The position numbers and the translations under genes are program-made. A stretch of DNA of 64,000 nucleotides from Phycisphaerae bacterium (GTDB lineage Bacteria > Planctomycetota > Phycisphaerae > UBA1845 > DATKUK01), in the NCBI GenBank assembly GCA_035530655.1, contig DATKUK010000098.1, positions 4,652 to 68,651 on the forward strand, in the 5' to 3' direction. Below are positions 1-8,850 of the stretch, piece after piece. Positions within the stretch are counted from its first letter, which is position 1. Every line of letters starts with the position of its first letter. Below the pieces are notes generated by a model that was not told where the DNA came from, searched no databases, and worked only from the letters and a program-made list of their open reading frames with translations.

Positions 1-661
1 CTCGTCCCTCGCCGTAATACACCGAGTAGGTGGCTGTGCTGCGTGCGTGCTGCACGAAGCGCTCGAGTAACGAGATGGGCTGGTCGTTCTCCGCCATCAG
101 GGCATGACCCAGTCGATGGGCCATAGCCACCGCCCGGAGCGAGCGAATCGTATCGGCAAACAGCGAGTGCGGACCGTTGAACGAGTAAATGTATCCGCCG
201 CCATCGCGGATGTGCGTCCAGCGCCGGGCCTGGACCGCGCCGGAGCATTTCAGCGCGAGTTCGTAGAAGTTTCTTTCCCACTCGTCCTGCTCAGTCTTGC
301 CCTCATTCATGAGCCGAAGCAGATTGCCGTACGTGCTGACGTTGTTGAATCCGTGATCGTGTACGCCCATGTGCGTTACGTGCGGGGCCATCACCGCCAC
401 CGTCTTCGCCCGACCAAGCTCGAGCGCATCGCGGTCGCCGGTTGCATCGAAGTGCAGGATGGCCGAGCCGAACTCAAAGCCCTGGGTCCACTCGGTCCAG
501 CCTCGCGTGGTGTACTTGCCCTTGATGGTGAACACCGGCGAGCCGGCTGAATGGTCGTACTCGCGCTGTAGCCGGTCGATCTTCGCGCCCGACAGCCGCC
601 ACAACTTCTCGATTCGGGGTATCAGATCGGCCGGGCTGAGTCGATCGTCGATCCTGATCAC
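1..661 (-). CDS. Glycoside hydrolase family 88-like (six-hairpin, unsaturated glucuronyl hydrolase type) protein. N-terminal ~220 aa only; the rest lies beyond the left window edge.
   Basis: Absent from the ORF track because it runs off the edge. My translation of the minus strand from GTG 661..659 (GGAGGA about 7 nt upstream) is open all the way to position 1. It reads VIRIDDRLSPADLIPRIEKLW...KGKYTTRGWTEWTQGFEFGSAILHFDATGD...GVHDHGFNNVSTYGNLLRL. The W..GF...TGD...HDxGF spacing resembles GH88. Confidence 0.6.
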   Translation of the reverse strand, partial: MIRIDDRLSPADLIPRIEKLWRLSGAKIDRLQREYDHSAGSPVFTIKGKYTTRGWTEWTQGFEFGSAILHFDATGDRDALELGRAKTVAVMAPHVTHMGVHDHGFNNVSTYGNLLRLMNEGKTEQDEWERNFYELALKCSGAVQARRWTHIRDGGGYIYSFNGPHSLFADTIRSLRAVAMAHRLGHALMAENDQPISLLERFVQHARSTATYSVYYGEGR

Positions 662-973
662 GCTCGTATCCTCCAACTACTGCGGTGCGGCTGCGCCGCC
701 GAGTGGCCCCATCGACCCACACCAAGCGGGTCGAGCGGTTTGGCCTCGTCGTTTGTCAGGCAGTCCACGCGCAAGCTGACGGAACACCACCCGCGCCTCG
801 GCCCGGCAGTCGCCTTATTGTTGACCCCGTCGTAGCGTTTTCAAGGCTGTCGCGTCATTCGGGCGCCGTGGCGTACCACCCAGATGGAAGGAGCAAGCGT
901 GCGCACGCGGCATGGAACCCTGATCATACAGGGCGTAAATCGGACGAATTCGGCTGCGGTTGAGCGGTCGTGC

Positions 974-2050
974 CTACGGCGACATCGGCTCCTCGGGCGC
1001 GACGGTGCGGGTTTGGCGGGGGGCCTCGGCGCTGATGCCGTGTAGCTGGAGCAAGTCGGCGGGCGACTCGGGCTGTCCGGTGCGAGCGGAAAGGTAGGCT
1101 GATTCGATCACGGCCATGGTCGGCAGTTGCTGCCCGCCTGTCGGCAACTCCGGGGGGCGACCTTCGGTGACCGCCTCGATCACTGCGTGAGTTTGTGCGA
1201 CCATCGCGCGCACAGGCTCGTGCGGACAGGTAACCGACGTCCGACCGTCGGCATCGATCAGTGCAAGACCGTTCGTATCGATTGTTGCGCTGCCCGTCGA
1301 GCCGTGCAGTCGAAACGAATCCTCCTGCGGTTGGCTGAGCCAGCTTGCCGCGATCAGTCCGGTTACCCCCTTGGGGTACCGCAACATGACCGAGGCGGTA
1401 TCTTCGGTGTCGTAACTCTGCGCGGTCTGCGTTCTGGCCAGACGGGTGGCGGTGGCCATCACCTCGTCGGGTAAGCCGAGCAAAGCGACGATCCGATCGA
1501 CCGCTTCGTAAGCCTGGTTCAGCAACACCCCGCCGCCAGCCCGGGCGCTGTCGCCCCGCCAGCCGAGAGGATCCTGAAGATGGCTCACCACCGCCGCCCG
1601 CGCCAGAAACAGCCTGCCCAACTCGTCGAGATGCGAGACCATCGCTTGATATCTCGGATCCACCCGCCACGCCGTGCCGACCAGCAGCATCCGGTCGGCC
1701 CGCTGGAAGGCGTCGACCAACCCCACCGCCTGCTCAAAACCCCGCGCCAGAGGCGGCAAACGCCACACGTGCGCCCCGCGACCGGCCGCCAGCAGGGCAT
1801 AATCGTTGCCGGCGAAAGGCGGGGCGGTAATCATCAGCAGATCACACTGTGATTGAACGACCAGTTGGCGGTAGTCGTCGAATAACTCGTATGTGCCCAG
1901 CCGGCTTGCCTCAGCCAGGACGTCGGCGCTGCGGTCCGCGACGGCCGTGACCCGTACCCGGGGCTCGGCCAGAAGGGCGCGCAGCAACGGCTCGCCCGCA
2001 CCCGACACACCCATCAGTGACACACTCACGTCGGCCATGCGACAGCTCAA
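974..2050 (-). CDS. Gfo/Idh/MocA family oxidoreductase
   Basis: 358-aa ORF. N-terminal Rossmann-like segment (VSLMGVSGAGEPLLRALL...VTAVADRS) and the overall layout are typical of Gfo/Idh/MocA. The start could be ATG 2038 (MADVSV) rather than 2050. Confidence 0.75.
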   Translation of the reverse strand: MSCRMADVSVSLMGVSGAGEPLLRALLAEPRVRVTAVADRSADVLAEASRLGTYELFDDYRQLVVQSQCDLLMITAPPFAGNDYALLAAGRGAHVWRLPPLARGFEQAVGLVDAFQRADRMLLVGTAWRVDPRYQAMVSHLDELGRLFLARAAVVSHLQDPLGWRGDSARAGGGVLLNQAYEAVDRIVALLGLPDEVMATATRLARTQTAQSYDTEDTASVMLRYPKGVTGLIAASWLSQPQEDSFRLHGSTGSATIDTNGLALIDADGRTSVTCPHEPVRAMVAQTHAVIEAVTEGRPPELPTGGQQLPTMAVIESAYLSARTGQPESPADLLQLHGISAEAPRQTRTVAPEEPMSP

Positions 2051-2139
2051 CTCTCCGAACAGGTCTGCCGTGCTTAGCCTCGCATGGCTGGATTGTCAAC
2101 ATGCCTAAGGCCCACCGACGTGGACGCCTTGATGTGCGC

Positions 2140-2167
2140 AAAAAAAAGGCGACTGGTGGCTGTCGCC
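2140..2167 (-). terminator. Rho-independent terminator (minus strand)
   Basis: The minus strand reads GGCGAC-AGCCACCA-GTCGCC followed by TTTTTTTT. This is a perfect 6-bp stem (2148-2153 / 2162-2167) plus a U8 tract (2140-2147). Confidence 0.75.
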
Positions 2168-3215
2168 CGTTGGGCTCTCCAGAGCCTTCACGCCAGTTAC
2201 TCGGCTGTGGCCGTTGCCGGCCCTTGCCGTTCCCTCATGGGCTTGGTCCGCCGTCTAGAGTTTCCCGCCCGGGCAGTATCGGCCGTATTGCTTAGCCGAT
2301 CCCGCTCCGCCGTCACTTGCGCTCGGCCCTGCGGTCTTCCTGCCAAGCGGACGTGCGGGCTCGTTTCCAAGTTCCCGCAACTTCCTCTTTTCGGCTTGGG
2401 CCGCCCTTCAGGGCATTTCCCAACTGGCGCTTGCCAGCTTTCCGCTAGCGGTCGCCGCTGATTAGAACGGTTTCCGCAGGCGGCTTGCCGGCGGCTCTCC
2501 TGAGCTTTGGTCCCCTTCAGCACATTCAAGGTCACCGGATCCGGTTCACACGGGCTTGGCGAGCCCGCCACCTTCCGCCCTCAGGGTTTGGTTACCCTCT
2601 CGACGGTTTACTCCCCGGCGACCCCAGTCGGCCATTTTCAGGCCGACGGCGCTACTGGGGTTGCGCCCTTCGGAGCGTTCCCCTCTCCGGCGGTACCACG
2701 GCGTTTCCGCCGCGCTGACCCACACGCCGTTAGCCGCCGCGTGCCAACCGACGGGGCAAACCCCGCCTGCAGCAAACGGCCAGCCCGACCTCTGGGCTTT
2801 GGTCCGCCGGGGAGTCCCTCGCGCCCGGCCGGGGTGTTTAGCTCCAGCCGGCGCCGGCTGCTCCCTTGGGCTTTCGCCTTTCTAGGGGTTACTCACCGCC
2901 CGCCTTTCCGCCTTCGGCGGATCCTCTCACGCACTTGGCGTCCGCCGGTTTGCACCAACGAACCGCCTGCGCCTCAGAGTATCAATCGGCGGCCGGTTAG
3001 CCCCGACTACGTGAGCCGGGGCGCCCCTTCTAAGGTTCTGCACCTCTGTGGGTCCTGGCAATTCGGGCACAGCCATTTCGGGCTATGTGTTCACCTCGCG
3101 AGTGCTCAGCGTTACCGCTGAACGCGGCTCGCTCTTTGAAATGGCTTCGGCCCTGCCGGAGCTTACCGGAACCTCAGAACGGTGCCGAGCGAAACAGCTC
3201 TCAGCCGCAATCTAA
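2140..3215 (-). ncRNA. Candidate large (~1.07 kb) highly structured non-coding RNA of unassigned family
   Basis: A 1.36-kb gap (2051..3414) has no credible ORF; the only ORFs are P/R/S/G-rich shadows. The minus-strand reading is packed with short GC stems capped by GNRA or similar loops: GGCCG-GCAA-CGGCC, CCGCC-GAAG-GCGG, GGCTC-TGGA-GAGCC, CTGGC-AAGC-GCCAG, GCGGAAACCG, GGCGAAAGCC, GGGAAATGCCC. It contains recurrent CCAAGCC/ACCAAAGCCC motifs and ends at the terminator at 2140-2167. The 5' end is uncertain. Confidence 0.55.
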
Positions 3216-3243
3216 ACACTACACCATGTTTGGCAGGAGTCAA
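3216..3243 (-). promoter_or_regulatory. Possible sigma70-type promoter for the candidate ncRNA
   Basis: Minus strand TTGACT (3243..3238), a 16-nt spacer, then TAGTGT (3221..3216). The -10 is weak; an alternative TAGATT lies a few nt downstream. Confidence 0.25.
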
Positions 3244-3414
3244 ATCAAGCGGATTGGATTTGGACTTTTCACAGCAGGCCATGTGGCACTTACGGCAACC
3301 CAGGACGCTGTAAGCTTCGGCGCCCACGAATATACGGGAACCACCTGTGCGCGCAGCCAATTCGTCGTAAAGTCCGAAAAATCTCTACCAAGGCGATAGA
3401 ATTTCGCCGGGCTG

Positions 3415-4746
3415 CTAGAGCAGGTTGGCCGCCAACTCCGCCAGCTTGCCGCGTTCGCCCTTTACAAGCTGCACATGAGCGGCCAACAGCTCGGCTCGGA
3501 AGTGGTTGACAAGATAGTTGAACCCGTTGCTGCCCGAATCGACGTAGGGATTGTCGATCTGCCAGGGGTCGCCGGTCAGCACGACCTTACTGCCCTCGGA
3601 GAGGCGGGTTATAACCGTCTTGATTTCGAGGGGGGTGAGGTTCTGCGCTTCGTCCACCACGACGAATTGATGGGCGATGTTGCGGCCACGGATGTAGCTG
3701 AGTGGTTGGACCTCGATCGTGCCGGCCTCCCATAATTCGCGCCAGTTTTTGCGCCCGGCGATGTCGCCGGCTGAGTCGAACAGGAACTCCAGCGTATCGA
3801 ACACCGGCTGCAGCCATGGGTAGAGCTTTTGCTCGATACCTCCGGGCAAATGGCCGAGATCTCTGCCCAGTGGCACGGTGGGACGACAGACCAGCAGACC
3901 CTTGTAGTTGCGACTGCGCAAGACGGCATGCAGCCCCGCCGCCAAGGCAAGAAGGCTCTTGCCTGTTCCCGCCTTGCCCATGATGGTGACCAACTGGATC
4001 CGGGTGTCGCGCAGCGCGTCCATCGCATAGTACTGCTGCTGATTGCGCGGGCGGATGCCGCACAGACCTTCCCCACTCTCCAGCAGAGCCTGGACCTGCC
4101 TGCAGTCGGCACTGATCCGCCCCAGCGCGGTGCGCCGGGCCCCGTCGCGGGGCTTCAATAAGACATACTCGTTGGGGTAGGCGACCACGCCTTCGGGCAG
4201 GGCGATGCTGCCGGCCGAGTCGAACTTTTCGACGTCCTCGCGCGCCAGGGCAAGCTCGATCTGCCCGGTGTATAGATCGCTCAGACCCACCCGGTCGGAC
4301 TCGTAGTCCTGGGTGCGCAGGCCCATGGCGTCGGCCCGTATCCGCAGGTTGATGTCTTTCGTGACGATGATGACGGGCACGTCGGGCTCGTCCTGCTGGA
4401 CGGTCTGGGCGATCCGCAGGATGTTGTCGTCGGCCAGCGTCGGGCGTGTTGTCCCCAGTTGGTCCATGCCGTCGCAGTACACCTTCAGCGTGCCGCCGCC
4501 GGGCAGCTTCACGCCGGCGGCCAGACCACCGGCTGCGGTGCCCCGAAGCTCGTCCAGCAGGCGCGATACCTGCCGGGCATTCTGGCCGCGATCCGACATC
4601 TCGCGCTTGAACTGGTCGATCTCCTGGATCACGTCGATAGGGATGATCACGGTGTTGTCCGCGAAGTGCGTCAACGACGTGGGATCGTGCAGCAGCACGT
4701 TGGCGTCCAGGACGTAGTTCTTACGCATGGAATTAAGTATAGACAC
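3415..4746 (-). CDS. PhoH-like ATPase with N-terminal PIN domain (YlaK-type)
   Basis: 443 aa. N-terminal PIN-like YVLDANVLLHDP...IPIDVIQEID. PhoH P-loop IMGKAGTGKSLLALA and Walker B FVVVDEAQNLTP. Confidence 0.85.
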   Translation of the reverse strand: MSILNSMRKNYVLDANVLLHDPTSLTHFADNTVIIPIDVIQEIDQFKREMSDRGQNARQVSRLLDELRGTAAGGLAAGVKLPGGGTLKVYCDGMDQLGTTRPTLADDNILRIAQTVQQDEPDVPVIIVTKDINLRIRADAMGLRTQDYESDRVGLSDLYTGQIELALAREDVEKFDSAGSIALPEGVVAYPNEYVLLKPRDGARRTALGRISADCRQVQALLESGEGLCGIRPRNQQQYYAMDALRDTRIQLVTIMGKAGTGKSLLALAAGLHAVLRSRNYKGLLVCRPTVPLGRDLGHLPGGIEQKLYPWLQPVFDTLEFLFDSAGDIAGRKNWRELWEAGTIEVQPLSYIRGRNIAHQFVVVDEAQNLTPLEIKTVITRLSEGSKVVLTGDPWQIDNPYVDSGSNGFNYLVNHFRAELLAAHVQLVKGERGKLAELAANLL

Positions 4747-4886
4747 CGCGCATCCTCCGGCAAGGGGATGCGGAGCTTGCCGGCCGGGTGTTGGCTGCGT
4801 GGGTGCCAGTCACCGCGCGACGGGGCCGCCGCGTGGCGGCCCGGCGCCTATCCTGGCGTTACCACCCCTGAATTGGTGGGATCGAC

Positions 4887-4915
4887 TTGACCAAGTGCGG
4901 GCCAGCCACTTTACT
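4887..4915 (+). promoter_or_regulatory. Putative sigma70-type promoter of the FHA gene
   Basis: TTGACC (4887-4892), a 17-nt spacer, TTTACT (4910-4915). GGGAGGA RBS lies just before ATG 4935. Confidence 0.4.
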
Positions 4916-4934
4916 GTAGGCTGGGAGGACGCGA

Positions 4935-5225
4935 ATGCCTTACTTCATTGTCGACTATCCGGGCGAGCGGACCGAGAAGTTTCCCATCGAGCAGGAGTTG
5001 GTGATGGTCGGCCGGTCGGGCGACGCCCACTTGCAAATCGACGACAAGAGCGTTTCCCGCGTCCATTGCGAACTCAAGCAGAGCGCCGACGGCACGTGGC
5101 TGATCACGGATATGGGCAGCCGCAACGGCACGAAGGTCAATGGGGACGCCGTCGAACAGGCCCGGCTTTACGAAGGCGACGAGGTGAAACTCGGCCGAGT
5201 TTTGCTGACGTTTTATGAGGGGTAG
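4935..5225 (+). CDS. Stand-alone FHA domain protein
   Basis: 96 aa with typical FHA signature: VMVGRSGDAHLQIDDKSVSRVHCEL...DMGSRNGTKVNG. Confidence 0.85.
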   Translation: MPYFIVDYPGERTEKFPIEQELVMVGRSGDAHLQIDDKSVSRVHCELKQSADGTWLITDMGSRNGTKVNGDAVEQARLYEGDEVKLGRVLLTFYEG

Positions 5226-5264
5226 CCGAGCCCGAAGCGCCCGTCCTTACCGCGCCGGGGTGTA

Positions 5265-5906
5265 TTGTGGGGAGATCATATAAACGGAACTGCCCAGGAT
5301 GCCATGCCCAACCACTGTGACAAAGATGCCCAGCGTTGTCCGTTCCCCAGTCCGCGTGTAGCCGGGGTACGGGAGCACTATCAGCGCGTCAAGTTTTTTC
5401 ATGCACTGGCCGAAACGTGTCGTGATCCCGCCGGGACGTTCCGCCTCCTGGTGGCGGGGCTCTATTCTGCACAAGGGGTCGTAGAATTGATTCTGGAGGC
5501 AGCCGCCAAAGGGGAACTCAACAGCACGCGCGAGCAGTTGAAGGTGCACCTGCGCAAGCAGCTCCCCTGGTTCGACCTGATCGAGAAGATCAGAATCCAC
5601 GATTTCCATCGGTTCGGTCTGGTTCCTCCAGATCCGCGATTCAAACTTACGATGTTCGGAGGGCCGGTGAAGCTTCGAGCACAGGCGGGAGCCGCCATCT
5701 ATCGAGTGCCCACCAGCGGTCCGGAAAAGCTGACGACGGGCAAGTCCGACATCCAGGAGCAGCGACCTCTCCTGAGTAGCGACGGCCAGTTCTTCGACGA
5801 AGCGAGCCGTCAATACGTGTCCCTTGACCAAATCCTTCGGGATTTCGTTTCTGCTGCTGTCGAGACGATAGAGGAATTCGAGAGGAACCTGGGGCAAACC
5901 AGTTAG
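5265..5906 (+). CDS. Hypothetical protein (orphan, visibly lower G+C)
   Basis: The plus-frame ORF has protein-like composition and G/C-rich third positions. The overlapping minus ORF 5247..5897 looks like a shadow. The start is uncertain (TTG 5265 or the internal ATG of MPNHCDK). No family recognised. Confidence 0.5.
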   Translation: MWGDHINGTAQDAMPNHCDKDAQRCPFPSPRVAGVREHYQRVKFFHALAETCRDPAGTFRLLVAGLYSAQGVVELILEAAAKGELNSTREQLKVHLRKQLPWFDLIEKIRIHDFHRFGLVPPDPRFKLTMFGGPVKLRAQAGAAIYRVPTSGPEKLTTGKSDIQEQRPLLSSDGQFFDEASRQYVSLDQILRDFVSAAVETIEEFERNLGQTS

Positions 5907-6008
5907 CCCACCTGACCACCGAATCGCCGCCGCGGCGATGATCGGTCATGCAGTACTGGTCGGGGGCGGTCCGGGCGGCTAAGCTTGGAACATCGGTGCA
6001 GCGGCAAT

Positions 6009-7385
6009 ATGACCATGCAATACTACAAGCCTGAGGGAGCCTTTTCTGTCGGCGACTGCATGCCGTACGGCCACGGGGAGGTATTTCATCTGTTCTACCT
6101 TCTCGATCAAGAGCACCATCAGGGCCGGGGCGGACTTGGCGGGCACCAATGGGCGCACGTGTCGACGCGCGATCTGGTTGACTGGCAGCCACACCCGCTT
6201 GCGGTGGCCTTGACGGAGGATTGGGAGGCGTCCATATGCACCGGCTCGGTGATTCATCACGACGGTACTCATCACGCCTTCTATGCCACGCGGAAAGCCG
6301 ATCTCACGCAGCACCTCAGCCACGCGACGAGCAGGGACGGTGTGACCTTCACGAAAACCGCGCCCAACCCTTTTGCGTCGGCACCGGAGGGATACTCGCC
6401 CGTCGACTTCCGCGATCCGGTGGTGTTTGCGGATGCAAGCGGGCGATTCCACATGCTTGTGACATCCAGGATTGACGACTACCCGCTCTTCGACAGGGGC
6501 GGCTGCCTCTTGCGGCTGAGTTCAGAGGATATGGAGAATTGGCGCGTCGAGTCGCCATTCCTGATTCCGGGCGGGCCACCGGGCTACGCCTGCATTCCCG
6601 AATGCCCGGACTACTTCCACTGGAACGGCTGGTACTACCTGGTGTTCGGGCTCGGGCTTCAGACGCACTACCGCATGTCACGAGAGCCTTTCGGGCCGTG
6701 GTGCCGGCCGAACGTGGATACCCTCGGCAACGCCATGCTGGCGGTGATGAAGACCGCACCGTTTGGGCGGGACAGGAGAATCGGCGTCGGCTGGATCGGC
6801 ACGCGGACGGACAACCGCGATTCGGGAGCGCGTCAATGGGGAGGCAACGCGGTCTTTCGTGAGCTGGTGCAGAACGCCGACGGCACACTCGGCACCAGGT
6901 TTCCACCCGAGATGATGCCTGGCGGGCACACGGCGATTGCCCCGGCCCTGGAGGCGCTCACCACTGGGGTGGGAGGAACCGCGCATCACGTCGAAGCCGA
7001 TGGTCGCCAGACCCAGCAGGTGGCTGCGCTAGGTCCCATGCCGGCAGACTACCGCCTGCGGGTCCAGATTCGCCCCGGAGGCGATACGGCCCGATATGGA
7101 TTGGGGCTCCGCGGGTGGGGCAATTATGCGACAGAATACTATCTGGCCTTTGAGGTGCCTGAACGACGGGTGTTGCTGGGCGAGGAGAGCATCGAGTGCG
7201 TTGACGGATTGGACCGCCCGTTTGATCTGGATGTCGTTCTGAAAGATGACATCATTGACGTGTGCGTCGCAAAGCGCCGTTGTCTCATCAACCGGGTGGG
7301 GGAGCTGAAGGGCGACCGCCTCTTTTTGCTCTGCGAAAACGGCTCGGTCGCTTTCGACGATTTGGAGATCAGGCCGCTGCCATAG
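6009..7385 (+). CDS. Glycoside hydrolase family 32-like (beta-fructosidase/levanase fold)
   Basis: WAHVSTRDLVDWQPHP, CTGSVI, FRDPVVF (RDP motif) and ECPDYF (EC motif) occur in GH32 order. ATG 6009 (MTMQYYKPEG) is preferred over the track's TTG 5985. Confidence 0.7.
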   Translation: MTMQYYKPEGAFSVGDCMPYGHGEVFHLFYLLDQEHHQGRGGLGGHQWAHVSTRDLVDWQPHPLAVALTEDWEASICTGSVIHHDGTHHAFYATRKADLTQHLSHATSRDGVTFTKTAPNPFASAPEGYSPVDFRDPVVFADASGRFHMLVTSRIDDYPLFDRGGCLLRLSSEDMENWRVESPFLIPGGPPGYACIPECPDYFHWNGWYYLVFGLGLQTHYRMSREPFGPWCRPNVDTLGNAMLAVMKTAPFGRDRRIGVGWIGTRTDNRDSGARQWGGNAVFRELVQNADGTLGTRFPPEMMPGGHTAIAPALEALTTGVGGTAHHVEADGRQTQQVAALGPMPADYRLRVQIRPGGDTARYGLGLRGWGNYATEYYLAFEVPERRVLLGEESIECVDGLDRPFDLDVVLKDDIIDVCVAKRRCLINRVGELKGDRLFLLCENGSVAFDDLEIRPLP

Positions 7386-7622
7386 GGCAACGGGTAACGA
7401 ACAGTCCGGATGCAGCAATTGGCGGCGGGTAGGATTCGCCCTATGCTCTGAATTCAGTCCCCCACCCCGTGCCTGGCAACGGAGTGGGGCACCGTCAAGA
7501 AATTCGCTCGTATGAACCGGGGCAGGCGAAACCTGCGCTGTCAAGGTGAGAACACTTTGGGTGCGAGTGGTCCGTCAAGGGGAAGTGGGCGGGCACGCCT
7601 TCGGCGTTGCCGCTAAACCATG

Positions 7623-7687
7623 GTGACCATGGCGGATGAGACCCGCCGACTTCGATCAGTGACCATGGCGGGTGGAACCCGCCCGAC
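7623..7687. repeat. Two tandem copies of a ~28-nt hairpin-containing unit
   Basis: GTGACCATGGCGGATGAGACCCGCCGAC (7623-7650) and GTGACCATGGCGGGTGGAACCCGCCCGAC (7659-7687). Each contains a GGCGG...CCGCC stem. They lie just downstream of the minus-strand kinase stop at 7702. Confidence 0.6.
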
Positions 7688-7701
7688 TATCCAGCATGTA
7701 T

Positions 7702-8799
7702 TCACTGAAGCATATTGCCCAGTCGATCGGCGTTGCGGGCCAGCCACGTGGCCTTGCGGCACACCATCTGGAGAAAGCCGAACCCGGCCAGATCGCCGAA
7801 CGAGCCCGTCGCGGCGATGGGCACCACGGCCTCGGCCACCAGCGCCTCGATCATCAAGGGGGGAATCGCCCGCAACTCGGCGACCGTGAGGGTATCGATC
7901 TCGTCGTAGCCGCGAAGAAATCGCTTGATGCGCGTCTCGTCGAAGAACTCAGGCCACTCGGCAGGGTCCTGCCCCCCGATGATGGCGAACTGGAGCGTGC
8001 CGTTGGCCACGTCGGTCACGCGAGGCTGGATGCGGGCCGCGTCGAAGTCCAACACCGCCGCCACGCGCCGGCTGCGAAACAGCACGTTGCCGGGGTGGTA
8101 ATCGCTGTGCACGATCTGCAATTGCCACCTTTGCAGCCCGAGGCTGTTGGCGGCGCTGGCTGCATGATCGTACACCTCGCGCACCTGCTGTATGGCGGAG
8201 AGGACTTCGGCTTCGCGGCCGTGCACGCTTTCGTGGGCGGACAGCGTGGTGGGGATCGCGTTGAGGCCGTTGCGAACCGGGTCCGAATCGTGATAGCTCC
8301 CGTGCGGCGGCACCCACTGGACCTCGTATTCGCGGACAAGCTTGTGATACATGGCCAGGGCCCGCCCGGCGTGGTAGGTGGCGTCGAGGCTCCCGTCGTA
8401 GGGCTCGGCCTCGACGTACTCGAACAACTCGAAGATCCATCCGTTCCAGTGCAGCATCGAGTTGTTGTCGGCCTTGGTGCCGATCAGGTGAGGCAGGGGA
8501 AACTGCCGCCGTGCCAGATAGTTCTGAAGCGAATGTGCGAACGCCACCTTGATCGGGTCGTCCTTGCCGCGGGCGCGCCGCTTCAGCAGAAACCTTCCAC
8601 CGTCGGTGGTCACCACAAACTTGGGGCTCTTGCGTGAGCCACGAGTGAACTCCTCGATGGTGTTTACAGGCTCGACGGGGTACTGCGCCAACACCTGGCG
8701 AAGCTCTACGTCGCTTAGGCTGTTGTGCTCGGTGGCCATATGCCCGTCCGGCGCCGCCGTCCCCCAGGGCGATTGAGGCGGCTGGTCGCTAGTGTACAA
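7702..8799 (-). CDS. Phosphotransferase family protein (APH / homoserine kinase type II-like)
   Basis: 365 aa. Brenner-type catalytic motif IVHSDYHPGNVLF and VLDFDAA. The start may be the internal MATEHN. Confidence 0.75.
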   Translation of the reverse strand: MYTSDQPPQSPWGTAAPDGHMATEHNSLSDVELRQVLAQYPVEPVNTIEEFTRGSRKSPKFVVTTDGGRFLLKRRARGKDDPIKVAFAHSLQNYLARRQFPLPHLIGTKADNNSMLHWNGWIFELFEYVEAEPYDGSLDATYHAGRALAMYHKLVREYEVQWVPPHGSYHDSDPVRNGLNAIPTTLSAHESVHGREAEVLSAIQQVREVYDHAASAANSLGLQRWQLQIVHSDYHPGNVLFRSRRVAAVLDFDAARIQPRVTDVANGTLQFAIIGGQDPAEWPEFFDETRIKRFLRGYDEIDTLTVAELRAIPPLMIEALVAEAVVPIAATGSFGDLAGFGFLQMVCRKATWLARNADRLGNMLQ

Positions 8800-8850
8800 C
8801 GCCCCGCCGCCGGGTTCAAAACTCGGCCCGACGTATCGCGTGCGGACGGC

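Noticed and set aside
2507-3121. 204-aa plus-strand ORF (and neighbours 2084..2461, 2197..2571, 2556..2885) inside the ORF-free gap
   Set aside because: Composition is P/R/S/G-rich with no motifs, and the frames overlap one another. The region reads better as stacked RNA hairpins on the opposite strand, ending in a clean terminator.
2140-3215. Possibility that the structured region is RNase P RNA, tmRNA, SRP RNA, an rRNA fragment, a group II intron or a riboswitch leader
   Set aside because: By eye I found no P4 strings (GGAAAGUCCGG / ACAGAACCCGGCUUA), no tRNA-like tmRNA 3' end or tag ORF, no SRP GGAA-type apical motif, no 23S universal blocks, no GUGYG 5' end or domain V, and no RT ORF. About 1 kb is far longer than riboswitches, and a terminator separates it from the downstream gene. 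A covariance-model scan is still needed.
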